IMG/VR virus record: IMGVR_UViG_3300037245_002282
DNA length: 34,050 nt
Source: an uncultured virus (IMG/VR IMGVR_UViG_3300037245_002282)
Lineage: Duplodnaviria > Heunggongvirae > Uroviricota > Caudoviricetes
Reading direction: 5' to 3' (one strand)
Shown here: in pieces, positions 26,239 to 34,050 of the stretch
How positions within the stretch are numbered: position 1 is the stretch's first letter
Layout of the letters: every line of letters begins with the position of its first letter
Translations under genes and position numbers: made by a program
Notes under the pieces: generated by a model
Databases searched by the model: none
What the model was told of the DNA's origin: nothing
The model's input: the letters and a program-made list of their open reading frames with translations, nothing else

Positions 26239-26941
26239 TTTCGACCACCCGTGTCGGCATCACAACTACATGTTTCAAATCTTCAGCCCCTTTCGCAGCA
26301 CAATTCTCATATCGACAAGCCTCACTTGAAAGTTTTCCCATACAAATACGTCCCGGTTTCAATACAAATAGATACGCAGCATCCAGAACTATATTAAGTT
26401 TCATCCCGGAAGTATCAGCACCGCCATAATCAAGAGTCATTCCAATAATGGAAGCATCTCTCACATGTATACCCGCTTTTCGTACAAACACAAACGCAGC
26501 TTCCCTATTCTTAGGATCAAAAGATTTCAGACATCTGTAAAACTCTTCAGGTATATCCACGACATCACCATCAATTTTTAAAGAAGTCACCTTCGTAATG
26601 TTCGGATAACCTACTTTACCTAAATCTTTTAAAGTATCCAGATTCACGACATTCGGATTTTTAGTGACCGAATCAGCTTCGCTCAACAGAATATGCCCGT
26701 TTGTAAACGCTCTTTTCCCTTTCGGACTAAACGCTATCTGAAATCCTAGATGTTGATTATTATGTATCTTTCCCAATTTCCGGCATAACAGAATAAACGG
26801 ATCTTTAGTTTTAACGGCACTACGAAACCCGTCCTTATAGTTCTCTTTAACCAGAGTTATACAGCTAAAGCACAAAGTATTTCCAAACTTATCAGTAGCT
26901 CTAAAACTTCCTGTCTCCTTACCACATTTATCACAGCACAT
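26231..26941 (-). CDS. Hypothetical protein with N-terminal Zn ribbon; C-terminal part possibly sliding-clamp-like
   Basis: AGGAGGT RBS; CDKC..CFSC; AFTNGHIL, GYPNITKV and terminal VVMP are reminiscent of beta-clamp-fold fragments. Confidence 0.6.
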   Translation of the reverse strand: MCCDKCGKETGSFRATDKFGNTLCFSCITLVKENYKDGFRSAVKTKDPFILLCRKLGKIHNNQHLGFQIAFSPKGKRAFTNGHILLSEADSVTKNPNVVNLDTLKDLGKVGYPNITKVTSLKIDGDVVDIPEEFYRCLKSFDPKNREAAFVFVRKAGIHVRDASIIGMTLDYGGADTSGMKLNIVLDAAYLFVLKPGRICMGKLSSEACRYENCAAKGAEDLKHVVVMPTRVVENG

Positions 26942-27017
26942 AAGCACCTCCCTAATATTCGAACGTTAATCGTCCACGTCCGCTGTAGTAGTTCCCCACT
27001 AAAGCGACCGTAGATGA

Positions 27018-27398
27018 TCAATTTAACTTTCCCAATTTCCGACATAACAAAATAAGTGAGTCCTTAATTTTAACAGCTTTACGAAACCCCGCCATTACTT
27101 CCCATACATCATGCAATTGTTCCCTACGATAATCAGAACAGAGATATTCCATCTTCGACTTGAAGTTCGGGTAATCGATCTCCAAAGCACATTTAGCCAG
27201 ATACGCTGACCATGTAGTCTTAAGACAAATAAGTCTATACAGATAATCAGCCTTCGGTGTACGTCGATATTTCTTTACCTGTATAACTCGACCTAATCGA
27301 ACGATATCTCCTTTCGACCTTGCCCGAACCATAACACAATCCGGTTGATCTATGTGACTGACGGCACTGAAAAATCCGTCTACAGTGAATACCCACAT
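27018..27398 (-). CDS. Phage-type hypothetical protein
   Basis: MWVFTVDGFFSAV...VRARS...ADYLYR...IDYPNFK; GGAGG RBS. Confidence 0.75.
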   Translation of the reverse strand: MWVFTVDGFFSAVSHIDQPDCVMVRARSKGDIVRLGRVIQVKKYRRTPKADYLYRLICLKTTWSAYLAKCALEIDYPNFKSKMEYLCSDYRREQLHDVWEVMAGFRKAVKIKDSLILLCRKLGKLN

Positions 27399-27586
27399 TA
27401 TTTGCCTCCTTTATGTAACGGTTCATCGAAAGTCCGTTCCATTTCTTCCACAACCTTATGATCAACCATACGCTTGATCATATCTTCAGTATTTCCGCAT
27501 ATTTCAACCCCGTTTTGCGTTCCGACCCACCTTCCGGTAACAGGATTCCGAAGAACCTCATAAATCCGCCAACCTCTGTATTCCAT
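27398..27586 (-). CDS. Small hypothetical protein
   Basis: MEYRGWRI; GGGGAG RBS; abuts both neighbours. Confidence 0.65.
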   Translation of the reverse strand: MEYRGWRIYEVLRNPVTGRWVGTQNGVEICGNTEDMIKRMVDHKVVEEMERTFDEPLHKGGK

Positions 27587-27871
27587 CTACTCCCCTTTCG
27601 TGATTTTATCAATCGCAACTTTTCTTGCTTCTAATATAATACTCGCTACATTACCACCTTTCTGATTTACAAGTTCTATCAACTCGTCTTTAGTTTGAAC
27701 CATAAACAGATGTGCTGGTAAATAACCTTCAGTATCTTTTACAGCAGTATTACGAAGCCATCGTCTTAACATAATCCGCTCAATCGCTTGTACTCTTTCG
27801 GCTAGAAATCTCGCATGTTCCATTCCTACCATTTCAAAACCCCCAATAGAGGCCAGACCGAAGTCTGGCAT
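27587..27871 (-). CDS. Hypothetical protein
   Basis: Fills the gap; the start may be MVGME after GGGGGT. Confidence 0.55.
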   Translation of the reverse strand: MPDFGLASIGGFEMVGMEHARFLAERVQAIERIMLRRWLRNTAVKDTEGYLPAHLFMVQTKDELIELVNQKGGNVASIILEARKVAIDKITKGE

Positions 27872-27883
27872 CCGTGTGGGCTA

Positions 27884-29062
27884 CTATCGCAGTTCCAGCA
27901 CTTCCCCGAAAGGAGGCGTGAAGTCCCACTCACCCGCGTAGTACTTCTTCTGGACCCATAGCACAGGGAATGCCGGGGCAACCGGAAACTGATTACACTC
28001 ACCATCGGTAAAGTAAAGCATACAGACCGGAAGTTTCCCCTGATCATCAATCAGATCGAAAGGCGGTCTAAAGTCCGTTCCACCTCCACCATGTACTTTC
28101 AATACTACGGTATCACCGGCTGGAAACTCATCTACTTTATTTACCTGAGTATCACAATAGATCACGGTACAATCTGCCTGATAGTCCTGTAGGATCGCAT
28201 TGATCTCACCTGCGAACTGATCAAGCTGTTCCTGTCCGATACTTCCACTGGTATCCACAGCAGCTACCACACTGCCCAGCTCATTACTGGATAATGCCGG
28301 GAGATAAATCCCACGACCGATCCAACGCCTGTTCGGACGGCCCCATGAATAATCATTCTTAGAACACGTATCCACAAACCTGCGTAAAATCTCTCTCCAA
28401 TCAAGCTTCGGTTCAAGGATATTCTCGATAACACGCGCCATCGATCCCGGAAGATTACCGGAAGCCCTTGCCTGTTGCGCGGCCTGAGCCATTGCAACTT
28501 TCCAATCCTGAGACGCCTTGCTTTTATCCGCTTCACCTGCCGGAGACTTTCCATCTTCAGCTTTAGCATCACGGACTTCCCCGCATTTCCCCGGATCATG
28601 ACTCTTCTTCTTACCATCCCCGTTTCCCTTACCACTTCCACCGTCCTGCGGATCCTTCGGTTCAGGCGCAGGTAACAAAGAATAAACCTGTTCAGCCGTT
28701 TTATCTCTAAACCTATCATCCAGCGCTCCGCCTTCCGGTAATTTCATACCTGAGTCTACAATCAAAGGATTGATCACATAATCCCCAGCCATGTTCCATC
28801 TCTCAGGATCACGGTCCCCACGTCTCGTATGATGCTGCAATCCACAGTGCATGACTTCATGACATATTAAACCTTTCAATTCATCAAGGCTTAACGAGTC
28901 GATGAACTCAGGATTAAATCCCAAAGTCGTACCATCAACCCACGCGGTCTCACACGTCGGATCTTCTTCGGTCTTAAGTCTCAATGCCAATGATCCAAAG
29001 AAAGGTTGATCGAGAATCAACCCGGCTCGACCCTTCGCAAACTTCTTACTCATATCACTCAT
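27884..29062 (-). CDS. DUF2201-type metallopeptidase-like plus VWA domain protein
   Basis: TAWVDG, HEVMH (HExxH), WNMAGDYVIN, MIDAS DTSGS, GGGGTDF and FTDG. Confidence 0.9.
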   Translation of the reverse strand: MSDMSKKFAKGRAGLILDQPFFGSLALRLKTEEDPTCETAWVDGTTLGFNPEFIDSLSLDELKGLICHEVMHCGLQHHTRRGDRDPERWNMAGDYVINPLIVDSGMKLPEGGALDDRFRDKTAEQVYSLLPAPEPKDPQDGGSGKGNGDGKKKSHDPGKCGEVRDAKAEDGKSPAGEADKSKASQDWKVAMAQAAQQARASGNLPGSMARVIENILEPKLDWREILRRFVDTCSKNDYSWGRPNRRWIGRGIYLPALSSNELGSVVAAVDTSGSIGQEQLDQFAGEINAILQDYQADCTVIYCDTQVNKVDEFPAGDTVVLKVHGGGGTDFRPPFDLIDDQGKLPVCMLYFTDGECNQFPVAPAFPVLWVQKKYYAGEWDFTPPFGEVLELR

Positions 29063-29133
29063 AAGCAAACCTCCATGACTTTCGTCAGGTCACGGTACTA
29101 GTTCTATCTAATACCGTCCCCCGACGCCTGCGC

Positions 29134-29979
29134 TTAGGTCCCTAAATAACTGCTCATTTTATCAAGGATCGCCTGCGCATCATCAGCGACCTTGGCTCTG
29201 ACCTCCGGTGCATTCCGAAGATTATCAGCACTTTGACTGGCTAATTTTTTAGCTACTTCCTTTCGGATCTTTTCCAGTTCAGGATCATTAGCCACATTAA
29301 GTTTAGGTAACAGATTGACAAGATCCACGGCGTTTTCCACTAAAGTATCTCTGAATATTGCATCAGGATTCGATAGCGTTTCTGCAAACCGTTTTGTGAC
29401 TTCGACAACTCTTCTAAACAAGTCATCAGTAGCAACCTTCATTCTACGCTCAACACTTTCTTCCAAAGCGGTTGCCAATCGTTCCTGATCTAATTTTTGT
29501 AGATTGATCCTGAAATCGGCAGCGTGAGGTACTGGTTCAATGTCAGTTCCAAAATCGAACTTTCGTTCAATCTCATGTCCGCTGGGATAATCTGCCGAAT
29601 TAAACATTCCGGCTAATCTTGTTTCAGCTTCTTCCCTGTATGTCGGATAATTCGTGATGAACTCCCTAACAGCCTGTTCAAACTTTTCCTTCAAAGTCCG
29701 CATCTTTTTTGTGTACGACATAAAGTTCTTAGTCGGAAGTATCCGACCTCCCGCGTCATCCCACGGCAGCGTTTGCTCGTAATGGAATGCTCGGGCAGCA
29801 GTAGCCGCTCTGGTGATTATCTGAATTGACTCTTTGGCAATCAGTATTTTATTGTACCGTCCCGCCTCATCATTAACAGAATACACCGCTGCGATCTTTT
29901 TACTGATTCCAGCATCAAATTTTCGTGCCACCCAGCTAGATATGTGCAATCTAACTATCATCGCATTTTCATGTATCAT
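29134..29979 (-). CDS. DUF3150-like helical protein associated with MoxR/VWA
   Basis: TLPWDDAGGRILP, FNSADYPS and IFRDTLVEN; GGAGG RBS before MIHENA; position in the cluster. Confidence 0.65.
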   Translation of the reverse strand: MIHENAMIVRLHISSWVARKFDAGISKKIAAVYSVNDEAGRYNKILIAKESIQIITRAATAARAFHYEQTLPWDDAGGRILPTKNFMSYTKKMRTLKEKFEQAVREFITNYPTYREEAETRLAGMFNSADYPSGHEIERKFDFGTDIEPVPHAADFRINLQKLDQERLATALEESVERRMKVATDDLFRRVVEVTKRFAETLSNPDAIFRDTLVENAVDLVNLLPKLNVANDPELEKIRKEVAKKLASQSADNLRNAPEVRAKVADDAQAILDKMSSYLGT

Positions 29980-30065
29980 TTTAAAACCTCCATGTGAGGA
30001 TGATTTAATATAGTTGATCATCCCCCTCCCGGTCCTCGTTAGAAGGCCGGGTAGGTGAGTAACAA

Positions 30066-30371
30066 CTAAACATCACTTTTACTAGATTTAAACTCTATAT
30101 GTTCAGCAAAAATAACGATGTTTTTTGTTTCTGGATACTGTCTTAATCTTCCAACTACTCTAACACACCTACCTTTTTTGATAGTGGTCAAACAAATATC
30201 TGCAAACTTCCCAAATGTTTCAATCGCATAAATTGAAACCTCTTGCACCGGCGTACCCTCTACTTTATAGAATCTAGTTGATTTAATATTAAAATTACAA
30301 CCAGAATTACCTATTCTAACAGGATCGTCAATTAAAACACCTTCCAATAAAACACTATTTAAATCATTCAT
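30066..30371 (-). CDS. ssb: Single-stranded DNA-binding protein (short, no acidic tail)
   Basis: MNDLNSVLLEGVLIDDP...KKGRCVRVVGRLRQ...AEHIEFK OB-fold; AAGGAG RBS. Confidence 0.85.
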   Translation of the reverse strand: MNDLNSVLLEGVLIDDPVRIGNSGCNFNIKSTRFYKVEGTPVQEVSIYAIETFGKFADICLTTIKKGRCVRVVGRLRQYPETKNIVIFAEHIEFKSSKSDV

Positions 30372-30437
30372 ATACACTCCTTAATACTTAACTTAATGAA
30401 TGCCACCTGTAAAGATGACACTCTTAAATTAGTAACC

Positions 30438-31421
30438 CTAAATCAAAACGTCACTATTCTCAGCACTCCAAGAAATAAAGGCCCTCGTAGAAACAAGTGT
30501 TTCATCCCTCTCAATTGCATCCCGGATTAATAATACTGAAAACTCAACAGGTAAGCGCAAGGCATACTTGACGATATTCTCAAAGTTCTGATCACTGGCT
30601 TTATATGCAAGCGCTCCGCAGATTGCATATAGGGTAGCTGGTTCAGTTGGAATCGCTACCTTATCCGGTGACATTATCACTAAATCGGGATCAGGTAAGT
30701 TCCTGTAAATATTCAGAAACCCGATCAATTCCGACGCTGCACCTTCACCCACTATACCGGCTACCAGATCATATTCGATATTTCTACCGGCCACTTTTAA
30801 AATCTGACTGGTAAACTCCCATGACCTTGGAGTCGGGAAAGCTTTCTCGTTTTTCTGAGGGTCGAACTTATGAAGCAATTCAGGTCGGAATCGCAGAAAT
30901 GCGATAATCTCTGTCTGTACTTCATTAGTCAAGGCCCATTTGATCCAGTCAGCCATATCCACATCAAAGTTAATATGTACGAACCGGTTCGCGAGTGGTG
31001 AAGGCATCCTTGAAGTAACGGCCCGATCCGTCTCACGATTACCGGCGGCAATTATGATACAGTCTTTAGGCAGTGTATACTCGCCAACCTTTCTGTCCAG
31101 AATTAACTGGTAGCAGGCAGCCTGAACAAGCGGCGGTGCCGCATTCAGTTCATCAAGAAATAGAATGTATTTTTTATTCCCTTTAGGCAGGAAACTGGGC
31201 GGACACCATCGTGTATCACCTTCCTCGGTTATCGTAGGAATCCCACGAAGATCAACCGGATCAAGCAACAGCGCCCTTACATCTATCAGCGTTCTTTTCA
31301 ATACCTTAGCGAGCAGCCTTAATATGTCGGACTTTCCAACACCCGGTGCGCCCCATAAAAATACAGGTCGTCCCGCAGCTACACACACTTTTAACGCTTC
31401 TAATACTCTACTTGGTTTCAT
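30438..31421 (-). CDS. MoxR-like AAA+ ATPase
   Basis: GAPGVGKS, ILFLDELN, AAGNR and PLANRF; GGAGG RBS before MKPS. Confidence 0.9.
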   Translation of the reverse strand: MKPSRVLEALKVCVAAGRPVFLWGAPGVGKSDILRLLAKVLKRTLIDVRALLLDPVDLRGIPTITEEGDTRWCPPSFLPKGNKKYILFLDELNAAPPLVQAACYQLILDRKVGEYTLPKDCIIIAAGNRETDRAVTSRMPSPLANRFVHINFDVDMADWIKWALTNEVQTEIIAFLRFRPELLHKFDPQKNEKAFPTPRSWEFTSQILKVAGRNIEYDLVAGIVGEGAASELIGFLNIYRNLPDPDLVIMSPDKVAIPTEPATLYAICGALAYKASDQNFENIVKYALRLPVEFSVLLIRDAIERDETLVSTRAFISWSAENSDVLI

Positions 31422-31505
31422 GCAAACCTCCATGCATGGAACGGATTGGATTTTTTAATAACCGTTCCCCTCTGTGCTCTCATATGAAAGCGCAGTAGGT
31501 AAAAG

Positions 31506-31694
31506 TCATTTACTTTTCTTCAGATCAGCGGGAGATTTCCCGAACATCAACTGAGCGATATTCTTATACCCGATCATCTTATTCACTTTTATGACTGATA
31601 CGATTTCAGTGAATGCATCCGGGTATCTCTTCTTAAATACCTTCAGTTCCACATCCGCTTTCTTCAGGTCTTCAATACTTGCAATTGCTGGCAT
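31506..31694 (-). CDS. Small hypothetical protein
   Basis: 62 aa, GGAGGT RBS; first gene after the non-coding leader. Confidence 0.7.
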   Translation of the reverse strand: MPAIASIEDLKKADVELKVFKKRYPDAFTEIVSVIKVNKMIGYKNIAQLMFGKSPADLKKSK

Positions 31695-31723
31695 ATTGCC
31701 ACCTCCATAAAATATTCTTAATA

Positions 31724-31822
31724 TAGCACCGATAGGAGTTGGACCTACCCATCCCCTGATCTCTCAGGATGGAACCGATTCACTCTTCCCCGGTTAAGAG
31801 GATCTTCCAGAGCTTCGGTGCC
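31724..31822 (-). ncRNA. tRNA-like element (acceptor stem and T-arm, non-canonical body, no encoded CCA)
   Basis: GGCACCG/CGGTGCT 7-bp stem; GTAGG-TCCAACT-CCTAT T-arm; long GAGA-capped hairpin in the variable-arm position. Confidence 0.55.
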
Positions 31823-31834
31823 GTGTATTTTATC

Positions 31835-32040
31835 ATCTCTTTTCAGGGAGTCGACAATGGAACACACAAGCCGGAGGTTGCTTTTCTGCAAAGTCCATTA
31901 TACGAACTCCGCATAACTTATGTGCTCTATCGTGGACTCCCATCCACGAAGAGGTATTTTTTTATTTCCCTTCTCTTATCCGGTACTTTCATCCATGGTT
32001 ACAATCCCCACTCCGATTTTCCTTCAGTCTGTCAAAGATC
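31835..32040 (-). ncRNA. Candidate structured leader RNA
   Basis: No convincing minus-strand ORF; TCGTGGAT-GGGA-GTCCACGA hairpin; CACATAAGTT/GGCTTGTGTG stem. Confidence 0.4.
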
Positions 32041-32060
32041 CCTTCCCTTTCTATACTTTA

Positions 32061-32089
32061 ATTATATCACGTTAGCGGGATTATGTCAA
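32061..32089 (-). promoter_or_regulatory. Perfect sigma70 consensus promoter
   Basis: TTGACA-taatcccgctaacgtga (17 nt)-TATAAT. Confidence 0.9.
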
Positions 32090-32127
32090 CTAATTGATTT
32101 TCGGGAGATAATGTGTTATTCAGTTGA

Positions 32128-32631
32128 TCAACCAAACCTCGCACCTTCTTCAGTGAAAGTATATTCATTTGATAATATTGTCTTATCAATAGCCGCATTT
32201 GAATTAAGGTGATGATACTCGTCCCCTAGTATGGTTAAATAAGCAGTTAAAAGATTAGTCTCAAATGTACTGCTCAGACTTTTATACATTTCATTCTCTT
32301 TATAATCAGCGCCTAAAAGAATCCGTTTAGCAGTGGCACAGGTTATAAAGTCTACAGCTAGCTTATACGTATCACACTTCACACTATGTTTCTTAATAAT
32401 TTGCTTTGCAACATCAACTGCATCAGAATGTAATTCTCCTGAAATCGCCATTTTATACAGATCAAAACTATCAATTTCTAATCCAATATACCCAGCTTCA
32501 GTATATGTATCGTGCCACCATTCATAGTCTAAGCCTAAACCATCTCGCTTAAACCAATCCCTCGCTTTTTCTTTGGCCGAACCTTTCAGTTCATCCAATG
32601 TGTAAACCTTTGTAATAATAATTTTTGTCAT
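32128..32631 (-). CDS. Phage-type hypothetical protein
   Basis: TKVYTLDEL..AKEKARDW...NEYTFTEEG; AAGGAGGT RBS before MTKII. Confidence 0.75.
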   Translation of the reverse strand: MTKIIITKVYTLDELKGSAKEKARDWFKRDGLGLDYEWWHDTYTEAGYIGLEIDSFDLYKMAISGELHSDAVDVAKQIIKKHSVKCDTYKLAVDFITCATAKRILLGADYKENEMYKSLSSTFETNLLTAYLTILGDEYHHLNSNAAIDKTILSNEYTFTEEGARFG

Positions 32632-32695
32632 TGCAAACCTCCTTGCAAACTTCAAACATTGATCATCCGCAAATCGATAACTTTCGCCTTACCTA

Positions 32696-32724
32696 ACTAT
32701 ATCACGTTAGCGGGATAATGTCAA
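32696..32724 (-). promoter_or_regulatory. Sigma70 promoter, duplicate of 32061..32089
   Basis: TTGACA-ttatcccgctaacgtga (17 nt)-TATAGT. Confidence 0.85.
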
Positions 32725-32754
32725 CTAATCGATTTTCGAGAGATAGTTTAATAT

Positions 32755-33228
32755 TTAGAAACGTATTTTACAGTGACAACTGGTACATAGCCAGATCACA
32801 TCAAGCGGATAATAATACCCTCTATGATGGTGACCCTCAATCTTACATGCCGTGACACCGCATTTAGAACATTTAGTAGGTTTTATTATACGGCCTTTCC
32901 TCACAGCATAATTTAGTTTATTTCTTGCACTTACGCCGTCTTTATTATTAAACGAATACTCTTTATGATATTGTCTCTCACGTTCAGCATATCCAGGATT
33001 AAGTCTAAGGCGTTTCGCTGACTCCCGAGCCACTTCAGCCGCATGATCAGGATCATTAGCTTTCCATACCTTTTGGCGTTCTGACATCAGCGCTCGATAC
33101 TCAGGATCATTAGCATATTTATCATTATGCCACTTAAGATTATCGGCCCTGACCTTCTCTTTATTCTTTTCCTTCCAGCGTTTCTGCGCTAGTCGCTTAC
33201 TCTCTATTCTCTGTTCTTCTGTTTTCAT
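32755..33228 (-). CDS. HNH-family zinc-binding protein, probably leaderless
   Basis: Basic helical N-terminus; CSKC...IEGHH..Y..PLDVIWLCTSCH. Confidence 0.75.
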   Translation of the reverse strand: MKTEEQRIESKRLAQKRWKEKNKEKVRADNLKWHNDKYANDPEYRALMSERQKVWKANDPDHAAEVARESAKRLRLNPGYAERERQYHKEYSFNNKDGVSARNKLNYAVRKGRIIKPTKCSKCGVTACKIEGHHHRGYYYPLDVIWLCTSCHCKIRF

Positions 33229-33234
33229 ACTTTA

Positions 33235-33263
33235 ATGATATTGAGTTTATGGAGATAAGTCAA
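33235..33263 (-). promoter_or_regulatory. Sigma70-type promoter
   Basis: TTGACT-17 nt-TATCAT, 6 nt before the ATG at 33228. Confidence 0.7.
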
Positions 33264-33268
33264 GAAAT

Positions 33269-33312
33269 AAAAAACCGGCGCTCAATATTGAGGAAATAAA
33301 CCCGAGCACCGG
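33269..33312 (-). terminator. Terminator-like hairpin
   Basis: CCGGTGCTCGG/TTGAGCGCCGG followed by TTTTTT; a second hairpin lies at 33320..33352. Confidence 0.65.
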
Positions 33313-33376
33313 AAAGTACCTAATCAGAAAGCCGCCGTGCCTTCCTGATTAAAGAATAACACGGAAACTGATTGAC

Positions 33377-33991
33377 TCAAACCCTGTAAATGATTCGGTA
33401 CGGTTCAACATTCGCCTGAAGTTCAATCTTATTCATAAAACGATTATGACCTCCTTTACCGTCGCTATACTGCGAACCCCAAGAATCATTATAGACTAAA
33501 AACCCGCCATCATCCAAAGTATATGCCACAACTGCGATATAATGCCCCGGATCAGTCAGACATATTTGAACCGCCCGACCTCGATCCAACTCCGTAATAA
33601 TATGATCCCACGTGGCACCCCATTCAAACTTTGCACTGACCCCGAAAACAGCCCGCACAGCTACCGGATAATATTGAGGCACCCTATTCTCCGGTATACT
33701 GTCCCCGGCAACCCCTAGATCCCTGACGGCCTTCAGCGTAGAAGAATTGCGCGGGTCATTAAAGTAATCCATCAAAACTTCTTCAGGTTGAGGTTTAAAC
33801 ACGCCCGGACAGGTAATTTCAACATTTTTGCCCATTGCAGCCAGACAATTCACAGCAGATGTTGGTCCGCAGGATTCAAGCCAGCCTCCGCGATCATTCA
33901 CACGTGTTTTATTATATGCCTCAGTCGGATTATTTTCCTGTGAGTAATAATGATTTTTCGACTGCCACTGTTGTACACCTTTATATTTCAT
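33377..33991 (-). CDS. Peptidase C39-like cysteine peptidase
   Basis: Q...SCGPTSA, GHYIAVVAY and YNDSWG (Cys-His-Asp); AGGAGGT RBS. Confidence 0.8.
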   Translation of the reverse strand: MKYKGVQQWQSKNHYYSQENNPTEAYNKTRVNDRGGWLESCGPTSAVNCLAAMGKNVEITCPGVFKPQPEEVLMDYFNDPRNSSTLKAVRDLGVAGDSIPENRVPQYYPVAVRAVFGVSAKFEWGATWDHIITELDRGRAVQICLTDPGHYIAVVAYTLDDGGFLVYNDSWGSQYSDGKGGHNRFMNKIELQANVEPYRIIYRV

Positions 33992-34050
33992 CAGTCATAC
34001 CTCCTAGTACACATTTTTATAGCCGACCGTCTCGTAGTAGCCAGCCGGTC

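Noticed and set aside
19316..28719. Nested minus-strand ORFs 19316..19531, 27247..27465, 27826..28050 and 28264..28719
   Set aside because: They overlap better-supported genes in another frame.
31927..31992. Small ORF MKVPDKRR... in the early leader
   Set aside because: It stops after 21 codons and lacks a well-spaced RBS.
31724..32050. tmRNA, canonical tRNA or hammerhead ribozyme call
   Set aside because: There is no G3-U70 alanine identity, tag frame, canonical anticodon arm or complete CUGANGA/GAAA core; it is kept only as tRNA-like.
433..32527. All plus-strand ORFs in the track (e.g. 433..651, 3827..4252, 10188..10565, 31769..32212)
   Set aside because: They are antisense shadows of well-supported minus-strand genes or RNAs, with no recognisable motifs.
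1..34050. CRISPR array, retron/DGR reverse transcriptase, integrase or transposase
   Set aside because: No regularly spaced repeat-spacer units and no such protein motifs were seen. The paralog repeats did not show obvious adenine-specific TR/VR differences by eye.
1..34050. Stop-codon reassignment
   Set aside because: TAA, TAG and TGA all end genes cleanly, and long genes are intact under the standard code.

Overview
A 34-kb segment of a large tailed bacteriophage (or prophage) genome, with essentially all credible genes on the minus strand and the standard genetic code. In transcription order (right to left) it contains four zones. (1) A C39-like peptidase and an apparently leaderless HNH gene. 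(2) Two duplicated near-consensus sigma70 promoters, then a ~330-nt structured non-coding leader ending in a tRNA-like element, then an early-type operon (MoxR-like AAA ATPase, SSB, DUF3150-like protein, metallopeptidase-VWA) with hairpins between the genes. (3) About 20 kb of small accessory genes (ThyX, BCS1-like AAA ATPase, TOPRIM protein, radical SAM, two paralogous transglutaminase-like lipoproteins, a nine-member 'GLW' paralog family), punctuated by five copies of a sigma28-like promoter motif and several structured RNAs. (4) A head-associated module: portal, type IB topoisomerase, a DUF5661-like protein and a >839-aa multidomain protein missing from the ORF track (pyrophosphatase-like, ParB-like, GNAT-like and kinase-like domains). 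The two strongest leads are (a) shared [LMIVF]xK[AS] motifs and short basic tags in front of the domains of the portal-proximal proteins, suggesting protease-processed, capsid-packaged cargo, and (b) a candidate small RNA whose unpaired loop is complementary to the ribosome-binding sites of the phage's own early genes. SSB, lipobox and promoter features tentatively suggest a spirochaete host. All family calls come from motif recognition by eye; no database searches were run.
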